Shown here piece after piece: positions 20,008 to 29,816 of a DNA stretch of 64,000 nucleotides (positions are counted from its first letter, which is position 1; every line of letters starts with the position of its first letter). The notes under the pieces are model-generated. The model worked only from the letters and a program-made list of their open reading frames with translations, did no database searches and was not told where the DNA came from. The position numbers and the translations under genes are program-made. This DNA is from an uncultured Candidatus Saccharibacteria bacterium (GTDB lineage: Bacteria > Patescibacteriota > Minisyncoccia > UBA6257 > 2-01-FULL-56-20): assembly GCA_964365185.1 (NCBI GenBank), contig CAYIOP010000001.1:180579-244578 (forward strand), given 5' to 3'.

Positions 20008-20550
20008 TTAAGTCGTTGCGGTAGCTTTTTTGCCGGTTTTGCGGCGAACAACTTCGCCTTGATAACGAATACCTTTGCCTTTATATGGTTCGGGTTTTTT
20101 GAAGGCGCGAATTTTAGCGGCAGCTTGTCCGACTTTTTCTTTATCAATGCCGGTAATTGTAATCTGGTTTTTTTCCACTTTAATATCGATACCTTCGGGA
20201 GTTTCAAAATTTACCGGATGAGAAAAACCGAGCGAAAGGACAAGTTTTTTACCCTCAAGATTAGCTTTAAAGCCAATGCCTTCTATTTCCAGTACTTTTT
20301 TAAATCCGCGACTCACACCTTCCAAGGCATTTCTCACTAAAGACCACGTGGTACCTATATCGGCCCGGGCTTGTTTAGAGCTATTAGTAGTTTGAACACT
20401 GATTAAATTGTCCTGAATTTTAATTTCGACATTGGGGGAAATTTTTAATTTTCTTTCTCCATGAGATCCTTTAATTAAAATAACACCCGCATCAAGGACA
20501 GCAGTATTTCCTTTTTCAATTAAAATTGGTTTTTTAGCTAAGCGGCTCAT
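20008..20550 (-). CDS. rplF: 50S ribosomal protein L6
   Basis: LGFSHP and PEPYKGKGIRY. Confidence 0.97.
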   Translation of the reverse strand: MSRLAKKPILIEKGNTAVLDAGVILIKGSHGERKLKISPNVEIKIQDNLISVQTTNSSKQARADIGTTWSLVRNALEGVSRGFKKVLEIEGIGFKANLEGKKLVLSLGFSHPVNFETPEGIDIKVEKNQITITGIDKEKVGQAAAKIRAFKKPEPYKGKGIRYQGEVVRRKTGKKATATT

Positions 20551-20605
20551 AAATTTAGATAGAATTTAGAAAATAGAAAGTAGAAAATGGGTTGGGTTAA
20601 TAAAT

Positions 20606-20986
20606 TTACCAGATTTCAAAAAGATATTCTCCTCCGATTTTATTTTTTCTGGCCTTACGATTATCCATAATGCCCTTGGAGGTAGATAAAATACCCAGGC
20701 CATAACCATTTTTGACTTGTTTTAACTCAAAAGAACTGACGTAGAACCTGCGCCCCGGCCGACTGAAAATTTTAAAACTACCCAGAACAGGTTTATTGTC
20801 ATGAAAAGCCAATTTCATTTCAAGAAAATTCCTGCGATTGATGACTTTTTTTTCAACATCTTTAAGATATCCTGACTTGGTTAGAACCTTGGCAATTTCA
20901 AAATCCATTTTGGAAAGGGGAAAAGTGATTGAAGTTTTTCCAGCTTGGCCGGCGTTTTTAATTTTGGACAATAAATCGTAGTACAT
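20606..20986 (-). CDS. rpsH: 30S ribosomal protein S8
   Basis: SRPGRRFY, ILSTSKGIM, IGGE. Confidence 0.96.
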   Translation of the reverse strand: MYYDLLSKIKNAGQAGKTSITFPLSKMDFEIAKVLTKSGYLKDVEKKVINRRNFLEMKLAFHDNKPVLGSFKIFSRPGRRFYVSSFELKQVKNGYGLGILSTSKGIMDNRKARKNKIGGEYLFEIW

Positions 20987-21036
20987 AAAATTTAGAAGTT
21001 AGAAAGTAGAAAATAGAAAATAAGAATTGATAATGA

Positions 21037-21222
21037 TTACCAGGAAGATTTTCTGACCCCTGGAATTTCGCCCTTTGAAGCCATTTCCCTAAAACAAATA
21101 CGGCAAATCCCGAAAGTCCTCATATAGGCTCTTTTTCGACCACACCTAAAACATCGCCGCACAATGCGAGTGCTGAACTTAGGTTTCTTTTTACTTCTTG
21201 CAACAACTGAGGTTTTAGCCAT
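21037..21222 (-). CDS. rpsN: 30S ribosomal protein S14 (Zn-binding type)
   Basis: CFRC...CRICFRE and IPGVRKSSW. Confidence 0.97.
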   Translation of the reverse strand: MAKTSVVARSKKKPKFSTRIVRRCFRCGRKRAYMRTFGICRICFREMASKGEIPGVRKSSW

Positions 21223-21228
21223 AATTTA

Positions 21229-21747
21229 TTATTTTTTTAAAGGGACGCCGAGTTTACGGTAGGCCTCCAAAGCAAAAGCTCTGTCTTTAATTTTGGGCAC
21301 GATATTTATTCCAAGAGAAAATGAAATCGGAGAATGCTCGGGGTTGACCTCGGGAAAAACCAGTTGTTCTTTTAGGCCGATATTTAAAATCCCATGCTGA
21401 TCGACTGATTTAGGGTCTAAACCGTGAAAATCCCTAACTCTAGGCAAAACTATTTTAATTAAACGCTCAAAAAAATCAAACATTTTTTTTCGGCGCAAAG
21501 TCACCTGAACGCCCACGATTTGACCTTCGCGGGTTTTAAAACTGGCAATTGATTTTTTGGCCGACCTTGGCGCAGGTTTTTGGCCAGTGATGGAACTTAA
21601 GTCCTTATTAATTTGAAGCAAAGTTTTGTCCTCAAAATTTGGTTGAGTGCTTAAGCGGCCGACTCCGGCGTTAACGACAATTTTGTCAAAAACAATCCTG
21701 GGATTTAAAGATTGCTTCTCAATAAAAGAAATGGTTTTTTTATTCAT
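21229..21747 (-). CDS. rplE: 50S ribosomal protein L5
   Basis: KIVVNAGVG, ITGQKP, LPRVRDFHG. Confidence 0.97.
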   Translation of the reverse strand: MNKKTISFIEKQSLNPRIVFDKIVVNAGVGRLSTQPNFEDKTLLQINKDLSSITGQKPAPRSAKKSIASFKTREGQIVGVQVTLRRKKMFDFFERLIKIVLPRVRDFHGLDPKSVDQHGILNIGLKEQLVFPEVNPEHSPISFSLGINIVPKIKDRAFALEAYRKLGVPLKK

Positions 21748-21750
21748 GAT

Positions 21751-22056
21751 TTAAGTTGAAATATTGCATTTTTTGCAGAATCGAACTTTATCCTGGCCTT
21801 CATGGCGGTAACCGACTCGAGTCGGTTTTTTGCAGTTTTTACAAATTAACATAACATTTGAAACCGAAAGCGGCCGAGGAACCAAAACAATTTCTCCTTT
21901 TTCGCCTTGTTTTTTGGGCCGACTTCTTTTTTTATACAGATTTAAACCGTCAATGACCACCTTGTCGTCTTTAGGGAAAACCCGAAGAACCACTCCGGTC
22001 TTCAAGCGGTCTTTACCAGAAATTATTTTAATTTGATCACCTTTTTTTATTTTCAT
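21751..22056 (-). CDS. rplX: 50S ribosomal protein L24
   Basis: KOW motif IKKGDQIKIISGKD; start taken at MKIKK. Confidence 0.96.
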   Translation of the reverse strand: MKIKKGDQIKIISGKDRLKTGVVLRVFPKDDKVVIDGLNLYKKRSRPKKQGEKGEIVLVPRPLSVSNVMLICKNCKKPTRVGYRHEGQDKVRFCKKCNIST

Positions 22057-22069
22057 AGTTAAAAATAAA

Positions 22070-22438
22070 TTAGACAACTTCTTCGGCCATACTTATTAAT
22101 TTCTCAAAACCTTTGGCTTTAAGTTCCTTAGGTAGGGGTCCAAAAATTCTGGTGGCAACAGGTTCTTTTTTATTATCAACCACAATAACCGCATTTTCAT
22201 CAAAACGAATATAGGAACCGTCGGAACGCCTTAAGGGTTTGCGCTGTCTCACTATTAAAACTTTAACAATATCTTTCTTTTTGATATTCTTCCGAGGTTC
22301 GGCCACCTGAACAGAGGCAATGATAATATCGCCGACTTGGGCATAACGACGCCGGGTAGCGCCCAAAATTCTAAAACACCGGACTATTTTGGCACCGGAG
22401 TTATCAGCTACTTTTAAAATTGATCTTTCTTGAATCAT
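22070..22438 (-). CDS. rplN: 50S ribosomal protein L14
   Basis: VADNSGAK, IRFDENA, TRIFGP. Confidence 0.98.
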   Translation of the reverse strand: MIQERSILKVADNSGAKIVRCFRILGATRRRYAQVGDIIIASVQVAEPRKNIKKKDIVKVLIVRQRKPLRRSDGSYIRFDENAVIVVDNKKEPVATRIFGPLPKELKAKGFEKLISMAEEVV

Positions 22439-22450
22439 GAATTTTTAAAA

Positions 22451-22699
22451 TTAAACTTTGGCGACTATTTTCCAATGTTTTTCTTTTGACATTGGGCGAG
22501 TTTCTTCGATGACGACTTTATCTCCGGATTTATATTCGTTGTTTTCGTCGTGAGCCTTAAATTTGGCGGTGACTTTGTAATATCTTAAATATTTCGGATG
22601 TTTTTTAAAACGATAAACAGCCACCACTCTGGTTTTAGTCATTTTGTCGCTTAAAACAACGCCAATGAGTTTTCTTTTTTTATCGGTCTTGGTATTCAT
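22451..22699 (-). CDS. rpsQ: 30S ribosomal protein S17
   Basis: SDKMTKT, AHDENN, ETRPMSK. Confidence 0.97.
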   Translation of the reverse strand: MNTKTDKKRKLIGVVLSDKMTKTRVVAVYRFKKHPKYLRYYKVTAKFKAHDENNEYKSGDKVVIEETRPMSKEKHWKIVAKV

Positions 22700-22702
22700 A
22701 AT

Positions 22703-22894
22703 TTATTTTTGGTTGGAAAAAGTAAGAATTCTGGCAATTAATTTTTTAATTTTCCTAAGTTCCGTAACATTTTTAACTTTACCGGCCGCTAAATCGAATT
22801 TTAGACTTCTTAGTTTATCGCGATTTTCTTGAAGAAGTTTAAAAAGTTCGCCTTCGGATTTATTTTTTAATTCTTTAATTTCTGAATTTTTCAT
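22703..22894 (-). CDS. rpmC: 50S ribosomal protein L29
   Basis: IKKLIARILT; operon position. Confidence 0.95.
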   Translation of the reverse strand: MKNSEIKELKNKSEGELFKLLQENRDKLRSLKFDLAAGKVKNVTELRKIKKLIARILTFSNQK

Positions 22895-22905
22895 AAAACT
22901 ATTTA

Positions 22906-23316
22906 TTATTTTGAGATGACTCGGGTCTTAAAAGGCATTTTATAACCGGCCAATTTTAAGGCCTCGTGGGCTATTTCTCGACTGACGCCATCTAGTTCAA
23001 AAATAATTCGACCGGGCCTAACCGGAAAAACATAGTGGTCAACCGTGCCTTTGCCGCCGCCTAAGGTTGACTCAGGCGGACGCTTAGTAATGGGCTTATC
23101 GGGAAAAACTCTAACCCAAAGCCGACCTTGGCGTTTAATAAAATTAGTAATCACTCGGCGACCAGATTCAATCTGACGCGAATTAAGCCAAGCCGAACCA
23201 AGCGCCTTTAGACCGTACTGACCATAATTTAAAACCAGACCGCGAGTTTCAACCTGGCGCGATTTTGATCTGCCTTTTTGCCATTTTCTATGTTTTACTT
23301 TTTTAGGAATTAACAT
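22906..23316 (-). CDS. rplP: 50S ribosomal protein L16
   Basis: RVFPDKPIT and GGGKG. Confidence 0.97.
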   Translation of the reverse strand: MLIPKKVKHRKWQKGRSKSRQVETRGLVLNYGQYGLKALGSAWLNSRQIESGRRVITNFIKRQGRLWVRVFPDKPITKRPPESTLGGGKGTVDHYVFPVRPGRIIFELDGVSREIAHEALKLAGYKMPFKTRVISK

Positions 23317-23318
23317 GG

Positions 23319-24020
23319 CTATTTATTTTCTGGGCTATTTATCTTCTTGTTTTTATTCGAGGCCTTTTCATTGAAAATTTCACCTTTATAAATCCAAACC
23401 TTAATGCCAATGGTGCCATAAGTGGTAAAGGCGGTGGCCCCACCATAATCAATATCAGCTCGCAGAGTTTGAAGAGGAAGCATGCCCCTTTTTAACCATT
23501 CCCGTCTGGCGATTTCAGCTCCGCCCAATCGGCCTGAGAGAAGAATTTTTGCGCCTTTCGCATCTCGATTTTGCATTACTTGATCTAAATATTTTTTAAT
23601 AGCCCGGCGGAATGGCAATCTTTTTTCTAAATCCCAACCAACTTGCTGAGCAATATAAACAGCGGAAATTTCACTTCTCTTAAGCTCTTCAACGTTGACG
23701 CTTAAACTAATTCGATTTTTATCTTGGCGAAGTTTAGAAAGAGCCAATTCTATTTCTTTAGTTAAGTCCTCAATCCCCTTTCCTCCTCGGCCGATGACCA
23801 ACCCGGGTCTCGCCGCTTTAATAGTGACACGAAGATTATTGCTGGTTCGCTCTATCTCAATCGCCACGATACCAGCTAAACTAATCTTTTTTTTGATAAT
23901 CCGGCGAATAGTTTCATCCTCTTCTAAGTATTTTTTATAGGCGCTTTTAATAAACCAACGGCTCATCCAGCCTTGAGTTATGCCTAACCTAAATGATTGA
24001 GGATTAATTTTTTGACCCAT
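23319..24020 (-). CDS. rpsC: 30S ribosomal protein S3
   Basis: MGQKINP, GRLGGAEIAR, PLQTLRADIDY. Confidence 0.98.
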   Translation of the reverse strand: MGQKINPQSFRLGITQGWMSRWFIKSAYKKYLEEDETIRRIIKKKISLAGIVAIEIERTSNNLRVTIKAARPGLVIGRGGKGIEDLTKEIELALSKLRQDKNRISLSVNVEELKRSEISAVYIAQQVGWDLEKRLPFRRAIKKYLDQVMQNRDAKGAKILLSGRLGGAEIARREWLKRGMLPLQTLRADIDYGGATAFTTYGTIGIKVWIYKGEIFNEKASNKNKKINSPENK

Positions 24021-24028
24021 ATTATTTC

Positions 24029-24553
24029 TTATTGACCGGGATTAGCTTTACGCCGGAAAATTCTTTGAAGGACGCTTGATTTTTTATGAGGCGCGACTTT
24101 TTTGGTTTCAACAACTTCCTTTTCTTTGGATTTTGTTTTTTGTGGTTTCTTGGTGCCGCCCTCGGGAAGTTTAATTTTCTTTTTGACTTCGATTTTGAAA
24201 CGGGGCAACCTAATTTTTTCGCTCTCGGAAAGAATCAGAGTGATATGACTCATCTTTTTTTGAATTGGGGTGGCCATGCCTCTGGCTCTGGGTAGATATC
24301 GCTTTAACATCGGACCCTGATCAACTCGAATTTCTTTAATGACCAGCTTGTCGGGATTTAAATGTTTGTTATTTTTAGCATTGGCTACACCTGAATGCAA
24401 TAGTTTTAAAATAGCTCGAGCCGCGCGACGCCTTTCAACTAAAAGCTGGGCAATGGCATCGTTGACCGATAGATTCTTAATAAGACCGGCAATTAACCGA
24501 ACCTTTCGGGGCGCTATTTTTAAATAATTTAATTTTGTGATTTGGTCGGCCAT
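24029..24553 (-). CDS. rplV: 50S ribosomal protein L22 with Lys-rich C-terminal extension
   Basis: APRKVRL, PRARG, SHIT. Confidence 0.96.
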   Translation of the reverse strand: MADQITKLNYLKIAPRKVRLIAGLIKNLSVNDAIAQLLVERRRAARAILKLLHSGVANAKNNKHLNPDKLVIKEIRVDQGPMLKRYLPRARGMATPIQKKMSHITLILSESEKIRLPRFKIEVKKKIKLPEGGTKKPQKTKSKEKEVVETKKVAPHKKSSVLQRIFRRKANPGQ

Positions 24554-24565
24554 AAATTTATATTT

Positions 24566-24898
24566 TTATTTTTTAGCTTTAGTCGAAGCATTAGGAGCGG
24601 GCTTCGCCGGAGTGGTGGATTTTTGTTCCAGTTCTTTTTGTATTTTACCGCCATGCCTCAAAAATTTTTTCGTGGGCGAAAATTCGCCTAAACGATGACC
24701 AACCATATCTTCGCTAATTTTTACAGAAATAAAAGTTTTTCCGTTGTGCACAGCAAAAGTATAACCCACCATTTCCGGCGATATTTCAGATGACCGAGAC
24801 CAAGTTTTAATAACCGCATCGGCTTCCGGTTTTATTTTAGAAATTTTCTTTAAAAGATTTGGATCCACAAAAGGACCTTTTTTAATTGAGCGGCTCAT
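24566..24898 (-). CDS. rpsS: 30S ribosomal protein S19
   Basis: [11 protein letters not shown] and [12 protein letters not shown]. Confidence 0.98.
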   Translation of the reverse strand: MSRSIKKGPFVDPNLLKKISKIKPEADAVIKTWSRSSEISPEMVGYTFAVHNGKTFISVKISEDMVGHRLGEFSPTKKFLRHGGKIQKELEQKSTTPAKPAPNASTKAKK

Positions 24899-24943
24899 AT
24901 TTAAATAGAATTTAGGATTTAGGATATAAAATCGATTTGGGAA

Positions 24944-25780
24944 TTATTTTCGGGTTTTCTTGGGTCTACGGGAAAGAATTAATTTATTCGACCATTTTTT
25001 CGGATTCCTGGTTTTATGGCCACCAGTTATCTTACCCCATAAAGTTTTGGGTCGCCGTAATCCTCGCTTGCTCCTGCCTTCACCGCCGCCATAGGGATGA
25101 TCAACAGGATTCATAGCTGAACCGCGAACAGTGGGACGAATACCGAGCCAGCGAGAACGTCCGGCTTTACCGATAGTAATCAAATTATATTCGGGATTAG
25201 AAACCTGGCCTAAAGAAGCATACCCTTCCCAAGGAACACGGCGAACCTCTCCAGAAGATAGTTTTAAATCGGTATAGCCGCCAGATTGAGCAAGAATTTC
25301 AACAGAAGAACCAGCGGAACGGGCCAATTTAGCTCCGCTTTGGGGTTTTAGCTCAACGTTAAAAATCTGATAGCCAACAGGAATATTCTTAAGCTTAAGA
25401 CGGTTACCTTTTTTTAATGGAGCTTGCTCAGCAGAAATTAAAGTGTCCCCAATTTTAATTCCATCCCAAGCTAAAACATAAGATTCTTTTCCATCTTGAT
25501 AAGTTATAAGGGCAATAAAAGCGGTTCGGTAGGGATCATATTCAAGAGTTTTGACCGTGGCCGGAACATCTAAGTGTGTTTGTTTAAAGTCAATTAGGCG
25601 ATAAAGTTTTTTGTGCCCTCCGCCTTGATGCCGAACAGTAATCCGACCTTGAGAATTTCTGCCGGCGTGGCTTTTAAGGCGCACCAAAAGCGACTTCTTA
25701 GGCTCAACTTTAGAAAGATGAGAGTAGGTTACAGAAGTCATATGCCTTCTTGATGGTGTTGTGGGATTATATTTTTTCAT
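24944..25780 (-). CDS. rplB: 50S ribosomal protein L2
   Basis: EYDPYR and RGSAMNPVDHPYGGGEG. Confidence 0.98.
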   Translation of the reverse strand: MKKYNPTTPSRRHMTSVTYSHLSKVEPKKSLLVRLKSHAGRNSQGRITVRHQGGGHKKLYRLIDFKQTHLDVPATVKTLEYDPYRTAFIALITYQDGKESYVLAWDGIKIGDTLISAEQAPLKKGNRLKLKNIPVGYQIFNVELKPQSGAKLARSAGSSVEILAQSGGYTDLKLSSGEVRRVPWEGYASLGQVSNPEYNLITIGKAGRSRWLGIRPTVRGSAMNPVDHPYGGGEGRSKRGLRRPKTLWGKITGGHKTRNPKKWSNKLILSRRPKKTRK

Positions 25781-25781
25781 A

Positions 25782-26057
25782 TTACTTAACTAAATCAATT
25801 TTCTGACCCTTTTTTACCGTGACGATGGCTTTTTTAAAACCAGAACTCTCGCTTTTTATATTTCGGAATTTCTTGGGTTTAGAACTTTGATTGATAATAT
25901 TAACTTGGACCGCATCAACTTTATAGAGAGCTTTAATAGCTTTTTTAACTTCGTTTTTAGTTGAATTTTTATCAACCATAAAAACATACTTTCCGCTTTC
26001 AGAAAGAATTCCTGATTTTTCAGTGAAAAAAGGTTTTTTAATTAAATCTGAATTCAT
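25782..26057 (-). CDS. rplW: 50S ribosomal protein L23
   Basis: PFFTEKS and FKKAIVT. Confidence 0.95.
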   Translation of the reverse strand: MNSDLIKKPFFTEKSGILSESGKYVFMVDKNSTKNEVKKAIKALYKVDAVQVNIINQSSKPKKFRNIKSESSGFKKAIVTVKKGQKIDLVK

Positions 26058-26701
26058 GATTTTTGATACTGGCGAGTAATAATTTCCACAGCAGGTTGTT
26101 CAATAAAAATTTGATGATAATTTAAAAGGTCGTAGGTATTTAAAGAATTGGATCCTAAAACTTTAATTTTGGGCAGATTACGCGCAATTCGGCCTAAATT
26201 TTTATTTTCTGGAGATGGGATAATAAGCAGATCAAATTTTTTGGAATTTTTGTTTAGACCTAAAATGAATTTTAGTGTTTGAGCGACGATTTTAGTTTTT
26301 TTGGGTTCAAAATCAAAATTATTAAATATTTTTATTTGGTTATCTTTTAATTTTTTGGAAAGAACGGTTTTGACCGCTAAGCTTTTCATTTTCTTGTTAA
26401 CTTTCTGCTCATAATTTCTTTCTTTACTTGGGCCATGAGCTTTGCCGCCGCCAATCCAAATTGGAGAACGAATAGAGCCGTGTCTGGCCCTACCAGTGCC
26501 TTTTTGACGCCACGGCTTGCGGCCACCACCTCTCACTTCACCTCTGCCTTTAGCGTGGGCAATCGGCGTGCGACGGTTGGCAAGTTGAGCAACTAAAATC
26601 TGGTGAATTAAACTGGCATTCCACTTAACTTTAAAAATGGAATCGTTAAGTTCAATGGATTGAACTTTTTCGTTTTTTAAATTATAGACATCAGCGTTCA
26701 T
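26054..26701 (-). CDS. rplD: 50S ribosomal protein L4
   Basis: KPWRQKGTGRARHGS. Confidence 0.98.
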   Translation of the reverse strand: MNADVYNLKNEKVQSIELNDSIFKVKWNASLIHQILVAQLANRRTPIAHAKGRGEVRGGGRKPWRQKGTGRARHGSIRSPIWIGGGKAHGPSKERNYEQKVNKKMKSLAVKTVLSKKLKDNQIKIFNNFDFEPKKTKIVAQTLKFILGLNKNSKKFDLLIIPSPENKNLGRIARNLPKIKVLGSNSLNTYDLLNYHQIFIEQPAVEIITRQYQKS

Positions 26702-26748
26702 GTTTTTAGGATATAGAATAGAGGATTTAGAATATAGGATTATTAGAT

Positions 26749-27303
26749 TTAGGATTTTTTCATTTTGGAAATTTCGAGCAAGTTGCCTTTTGAGCCAGGA
26801 ACAGCGCCTCTTACGAAAAGAAGATTATTTTCTTTATCAATTTTAGCCACTTTTAAATTAATCACCGTAACCCGATCGGTTCCCATGTGGCCGGCCATTT
26901 TTCTTCCGGGAACAACTCTTTGGAAAGCAGTGCTACCAATAGAGCCGGGGGCGCGATGACGATTTTTCTGGCCATGAGTTTTAGGCCCGCCTCCAAAACC
27001 GTGACGCTTCACGACTCCTTGAAATCCCCTGCCTTTTGATATGCCGCTCACTCTTACTAAATCGCCTTCGGAAAAAGCGGAAACATTGATTGAATCCTGA
27101 AATTTTAAGTCCAAATTCATCCTTTCAGTTCTGAATTCTTTTTTGTTTTTGCCCAAAGACAACTGAACGGCTTCGTAATTATGTTTATCTTTGGTTTTAA
27201 TTATGGAGACAAGATTGGGCTCGGCTTTAATAACCGTAACCGGAGTCACTTTGTCGCCTTCCCAGATTTGATCCATTTTTATTTTTTTGCCGAGAATAAA
27301 CAT
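26749..27303 (-). CDS. rplC: 50S ribosomal protein L3 (short, 184 aa)
   Basis: SKGRGFQGVVKRHGF, RAPGSIG, KMAGHMG. Confidence 0.97.
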   Translation of the reverse strand: MFILGKKIKMDQIWEGDKVTPVTVIKAEPNLVSIIKTKDKHNYEAVQLSLGKNKKEFRTERMNLDLKFQDSINVSAFSEGDLVRVSGISKGRGFQGVVKRHGFGGGPKTHGQKNRHRAPGSIGSTAFQRVVPGRKMAGHMGTDRVTVINLKVAKIDKENNLLFVRGAVPGSKGNLLEISKMKKS

Positions 27304-27323
27304 ATTGATAAAATTTCAATTAT

Positions 27324-27353
27324 TCCGCCGGAGGCGGATCCGCTTTTGGCGGA
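27324..27353. repeat. 30-bp double-hairpin element, copy 2
   Basis: TCCGCCGGAGGCGGATCCGCTTTTGGCGGA. Confidence 0.85.
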
Positions 27354-27373
27354 CAATTTAGGAATTGCGATTT

Positions 27374-27540
27374 AAAAAAACCGAGGTTAAATCTGGCCTC
27401 GGCAATTTACCTTATTTGAGAAATCAAAATGGAATCAGATTGGCCGGGTGAAATTTTTTTTGAGTTGCTTCATAAAAAAATAAGGCCCTCCCTAATCAAC
27501 ATTCCCCCTAAGGTAAATCGCAAAACCTATGGGGGTTATT
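27374..27540 (-). promoter_or_regulatory. Candidate structured leader/attenuator upstream of rplC
   Basis: TATAAT at 27546-27551 (minus); 13-bp stem 27509-27521 with 27402-27414; CCGAGG/CCTCGG terminator plus U7. Confidence 0.55.
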
Positions 27541-27589
27541 CTACATTATAGAAATAAGGTTGTCCAGAGGAGAAAGGGAGATTTAGATG

Positions 27590-27630
27590 CCACTAAAAAA
27601 CCCAGATTTTACGGGGTTTTTTAGTGGTTT
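27590..27630 (-). terminator. Hairpin terminator after rpsJ
   Basis: CCACTAAAAAACCC...GGGTTTTTTAGTGG 14-bp inverted repeat. Confidence 0.65.
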
Positions 27631-27644
27631 TAAGTCTACCGACT

Positions 27645-27977
27645 TTACATCATTTTAATTTCAATGTCCACGCCGGCTGGCAGATTTAAATTACTTAACG
27701 ATTCAATGATTTTTTGGCTGGGATTCAAGATATCAATCATCCGCTTGTGAATCCGAAGCTCAAACTGCTCTCTTGAGTCCTTATGGACAAAAGTTGAGCG
27801 ATTGACGGTATATTTCTTGATTTCTGTTGGCAAGGGAATAGGACCGATCATCTTGGCATCTTGGCGAGAAGCGGTGTCGATAATTTGTTTTAAGGAATTA
27901 TCGACTAATTTATGATCATAGCCGCGGATCCTGAGCCGCAGCTTCTGAGCTATTTCGATTTCTTTCTTTTTGGCCAT
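27645..27977 (-). CDS. rpsJ: 30S ribosomal protein S10
   Basis: GPIPLPT, KDSREQFE, LPAGVDIEI. Confidence 0.98.
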   Translation of the reverse strand: MAKKKEIEIAQKLRLRIRGYDHKLVDNSLKQIIDTASRQDAKMIGPIPLPTEIKKYTVNRSTFVHKDSREQFELRIHKRMIDILNPSQKIIESLSNLNLPAGVDIEIKMM

Positions 27978-28077
27978 TGGGATTAGGTTTTAGGTTATAG
28001 ATGTTAAGTTATAGAGAAATGAATCTAAAAATAGAATTTAAAAGAACCAATCACTTCTAAAACCTGAAACCTATCTC

Positions 28078-29274
28078 CTATTTCAAGATTTTGGTCACCA
28101 CGCCAGCTCCAACTGTTTTACCTCCCTCTCTAATTGCAAATCGCTGCTTTTCCTCAAGAGCAACTGGAGCAATAAGTTTAACGACTAACTTGATAGTGTC
28201 TCCAGGCATCACCATTTCAGTGCCTTCGGGCAAAGTGACTTCTCCGGTGACATCAGTGGTGCGAATATAAAACTGGGGCTTATATCCTTTAAAGAAAGGA
28301 GTGTGACGCCCACCTTCTTCTTTGCTTAAAATGTAAACTTCGGCATCAAATTCAGTATGAGGATTGACGGCTCCAGGTTTAGTAATAACCTGACCTCTCT
28401 CTACATCTTCTTTCTTTAATCCCCTAAGCAGAATACCGACGTTGTCACCAGCTAAACCTTCGTCAAGAAGTTTATTGAACATTTCAATGCCCGTAACCAC
28501 GGTTTTTTGAGTAGGCCTTAAACCAACAATTTCAATTTCTTCATTGACTTTAACCCGACCTCTTTCAGCTCGGCCCGTAACTACCGTGCCTCTTCCCTCA
28601 ATCGAGAAAATATCTTCAATCGGCATCAAAAATGGCTTATCTAATTCTCGGACTGGTTCTGGAATGTATTCATCAAGAGCTTTGATAAGCTCCACGATTG
28701 GTTTGGCAGCCTCATCATCAGCAGACGTAGCTTCCAAGGCCTTAAGAGCTGAACCGCGAATAATCGGGGTGGTGTCGCCAGGAAATTCATACTTTTTCAA
28801 AAGCTCCCTAATTTCTGATTCGACAAGATCAATTAATTCTGGGTCATCAACCTGATCGATTTTATTAATAAAAACAACGATCGCCGGAACACCCACCTGT
28901 CTGGCTAAAAGAATGTGTTCCCTAGTTTGAGGCATAGGGCCGTCGGTCGCGGCAACCACCAGAATCGCGCCGTCCATCTGAGCAGCGCCAGTAATCATAT
29001 TTTTAATATAGTCAGCATGCCCCGGAGCATCAATGTGGGCGTAGTGTCTTTTTTCGGATTCATATTCCGAATGATGAAGAGCAATCGTAATTCCACGAGC
29101 TTTTTCTTCTGGGGCGTTATCAATTTGATCGACTGTTTCAACTCGGCTTTTAAAACCCTTAAGGTTTAAAACTTTGGTGATAGCGGCAGTTAAAGTGGTT
29201 TTGCCGTGGTCAACGTGACCAATAGTGCCGACATTGACGTGGGGTTTAGAACGCTCAAAAACTTCTTTAGCCAT
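28078..29274 (-). CDS. tuf: Elongation factor Tu
   Basis: [23 protein letters not shown]. Confidence 0.99.
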   Translation of the reverse strand: MAKEVFERSKPHVNVGTIGHVDHGKTTLTAAITKVLNLKGFKSRVETVDQIDNAPEEKARGITIALHHSEYESEKRHYAHIDAPGHADYIKNMITGAAQMDGAILVVAATDGPMPQTREHILLARQVGVPAIVVFINKIDQVDDPELIDLVESEIRELLKKYEFPGDTTPIIRGSALKALEATSADDEAAKPIVELIKALDEYIPEPVRELDKPFLMPIEDIFSIEGRGTVVTGRAERGRVKVNEEIEIVGLRPTQKTVVTGIEMFNKLLDEGLAGDNVGILLRGLKKEDVERGQVITKPGAVNPHTEFDAEVYILSKEEGGRHTPFFKGYKPQFYIRTTDVTGEVTLPEGTEMVMPGDTIKLVVKLIAPVALEEKQRFAIREGGKTVGAGVVTKILK

Positions 29275-29416
29275 TTAATTAGGTGTTAGGTTATAGGTGT
29301 TAGGTTATAGGATGATTTGTCGATTTTGCTAATTAATTTTCTAAAAACTATAAACTATTACCTGCAACCTGTTTTTCTTTTTCGACTATTTTTTTAATAA
29401 TTTTATAACAAGATTA

Positions 29417-29444
29417 AGTATAGCTGGACTTAAATAATTGTCAA
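29417..29444 (-). promoter_or_regulatory. Sigma70-type promoter for tuf
   Basis: TTGACA-N16-TATACT on minus strand. Confidence 0.65.
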
Positions 29445-29467
29445 CTAGCGATAGTATTTTTCTAAAA

Positions 29468-29509
29468 ATACAGATAGAAACTACATTAAAATGTTGTTTC
29501 TATCTGTAT
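29468..29509 (-). terminator. Hairpin terminator after the small Cys-motif ORF
   Basis: ATACAGATAGAAAC...GTTTCTATCTGTAT 14-bp inverted repeat followed by T-run on minus. Confidence 0.65.
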
Positions 29510-29525
29510 GCCGCAAAGAAAAATG

Positions 29526-29690
29526 TTAAGTGTATTCTTTGACGTATATAACACAATCATCTTTGCAGTTATCTCCACAGCAAGGAAGAGTGTAAGTTTC
29601 TCTTCTCCCTGCTCTTGAGATATGGATTGTTGTTGTCTTCGATGTTTTACGCCAACAACCTAAACATTTTTGAGAACGTTTTTTGGACAT
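29526..29690 (-). CDS. 54-aa Cys-motif protein (CxxC...CCxxxC; possible TRASH/treble-clef-like metal finger); not in ORF track
   Basis: GGAGG SD; MSKKRSQKCLGCWRKTSKTTTIHISRAGRRETYTLPCCGDNCKDDCVIYVKEYT; own terminator. Confidence 0.7.
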   Translation of the reverse strand: MSKKRSQKCLGCWRKTSKTTTIHISRAGRRETYTLPCCGDNCKDDCVIYVKEYT

Positions 29691-29816
29691 CGAACCTCCA
29701 CTAATTTCCTAAATCAATTATTATCGAAGCAGAAATTTATTGCAAGTCCACTTTTATTTCTTTTTGCCTTCGACCCTTCAAATATTTCAGGGTCTATGGG
29801 AAAGTTTATTATTATT

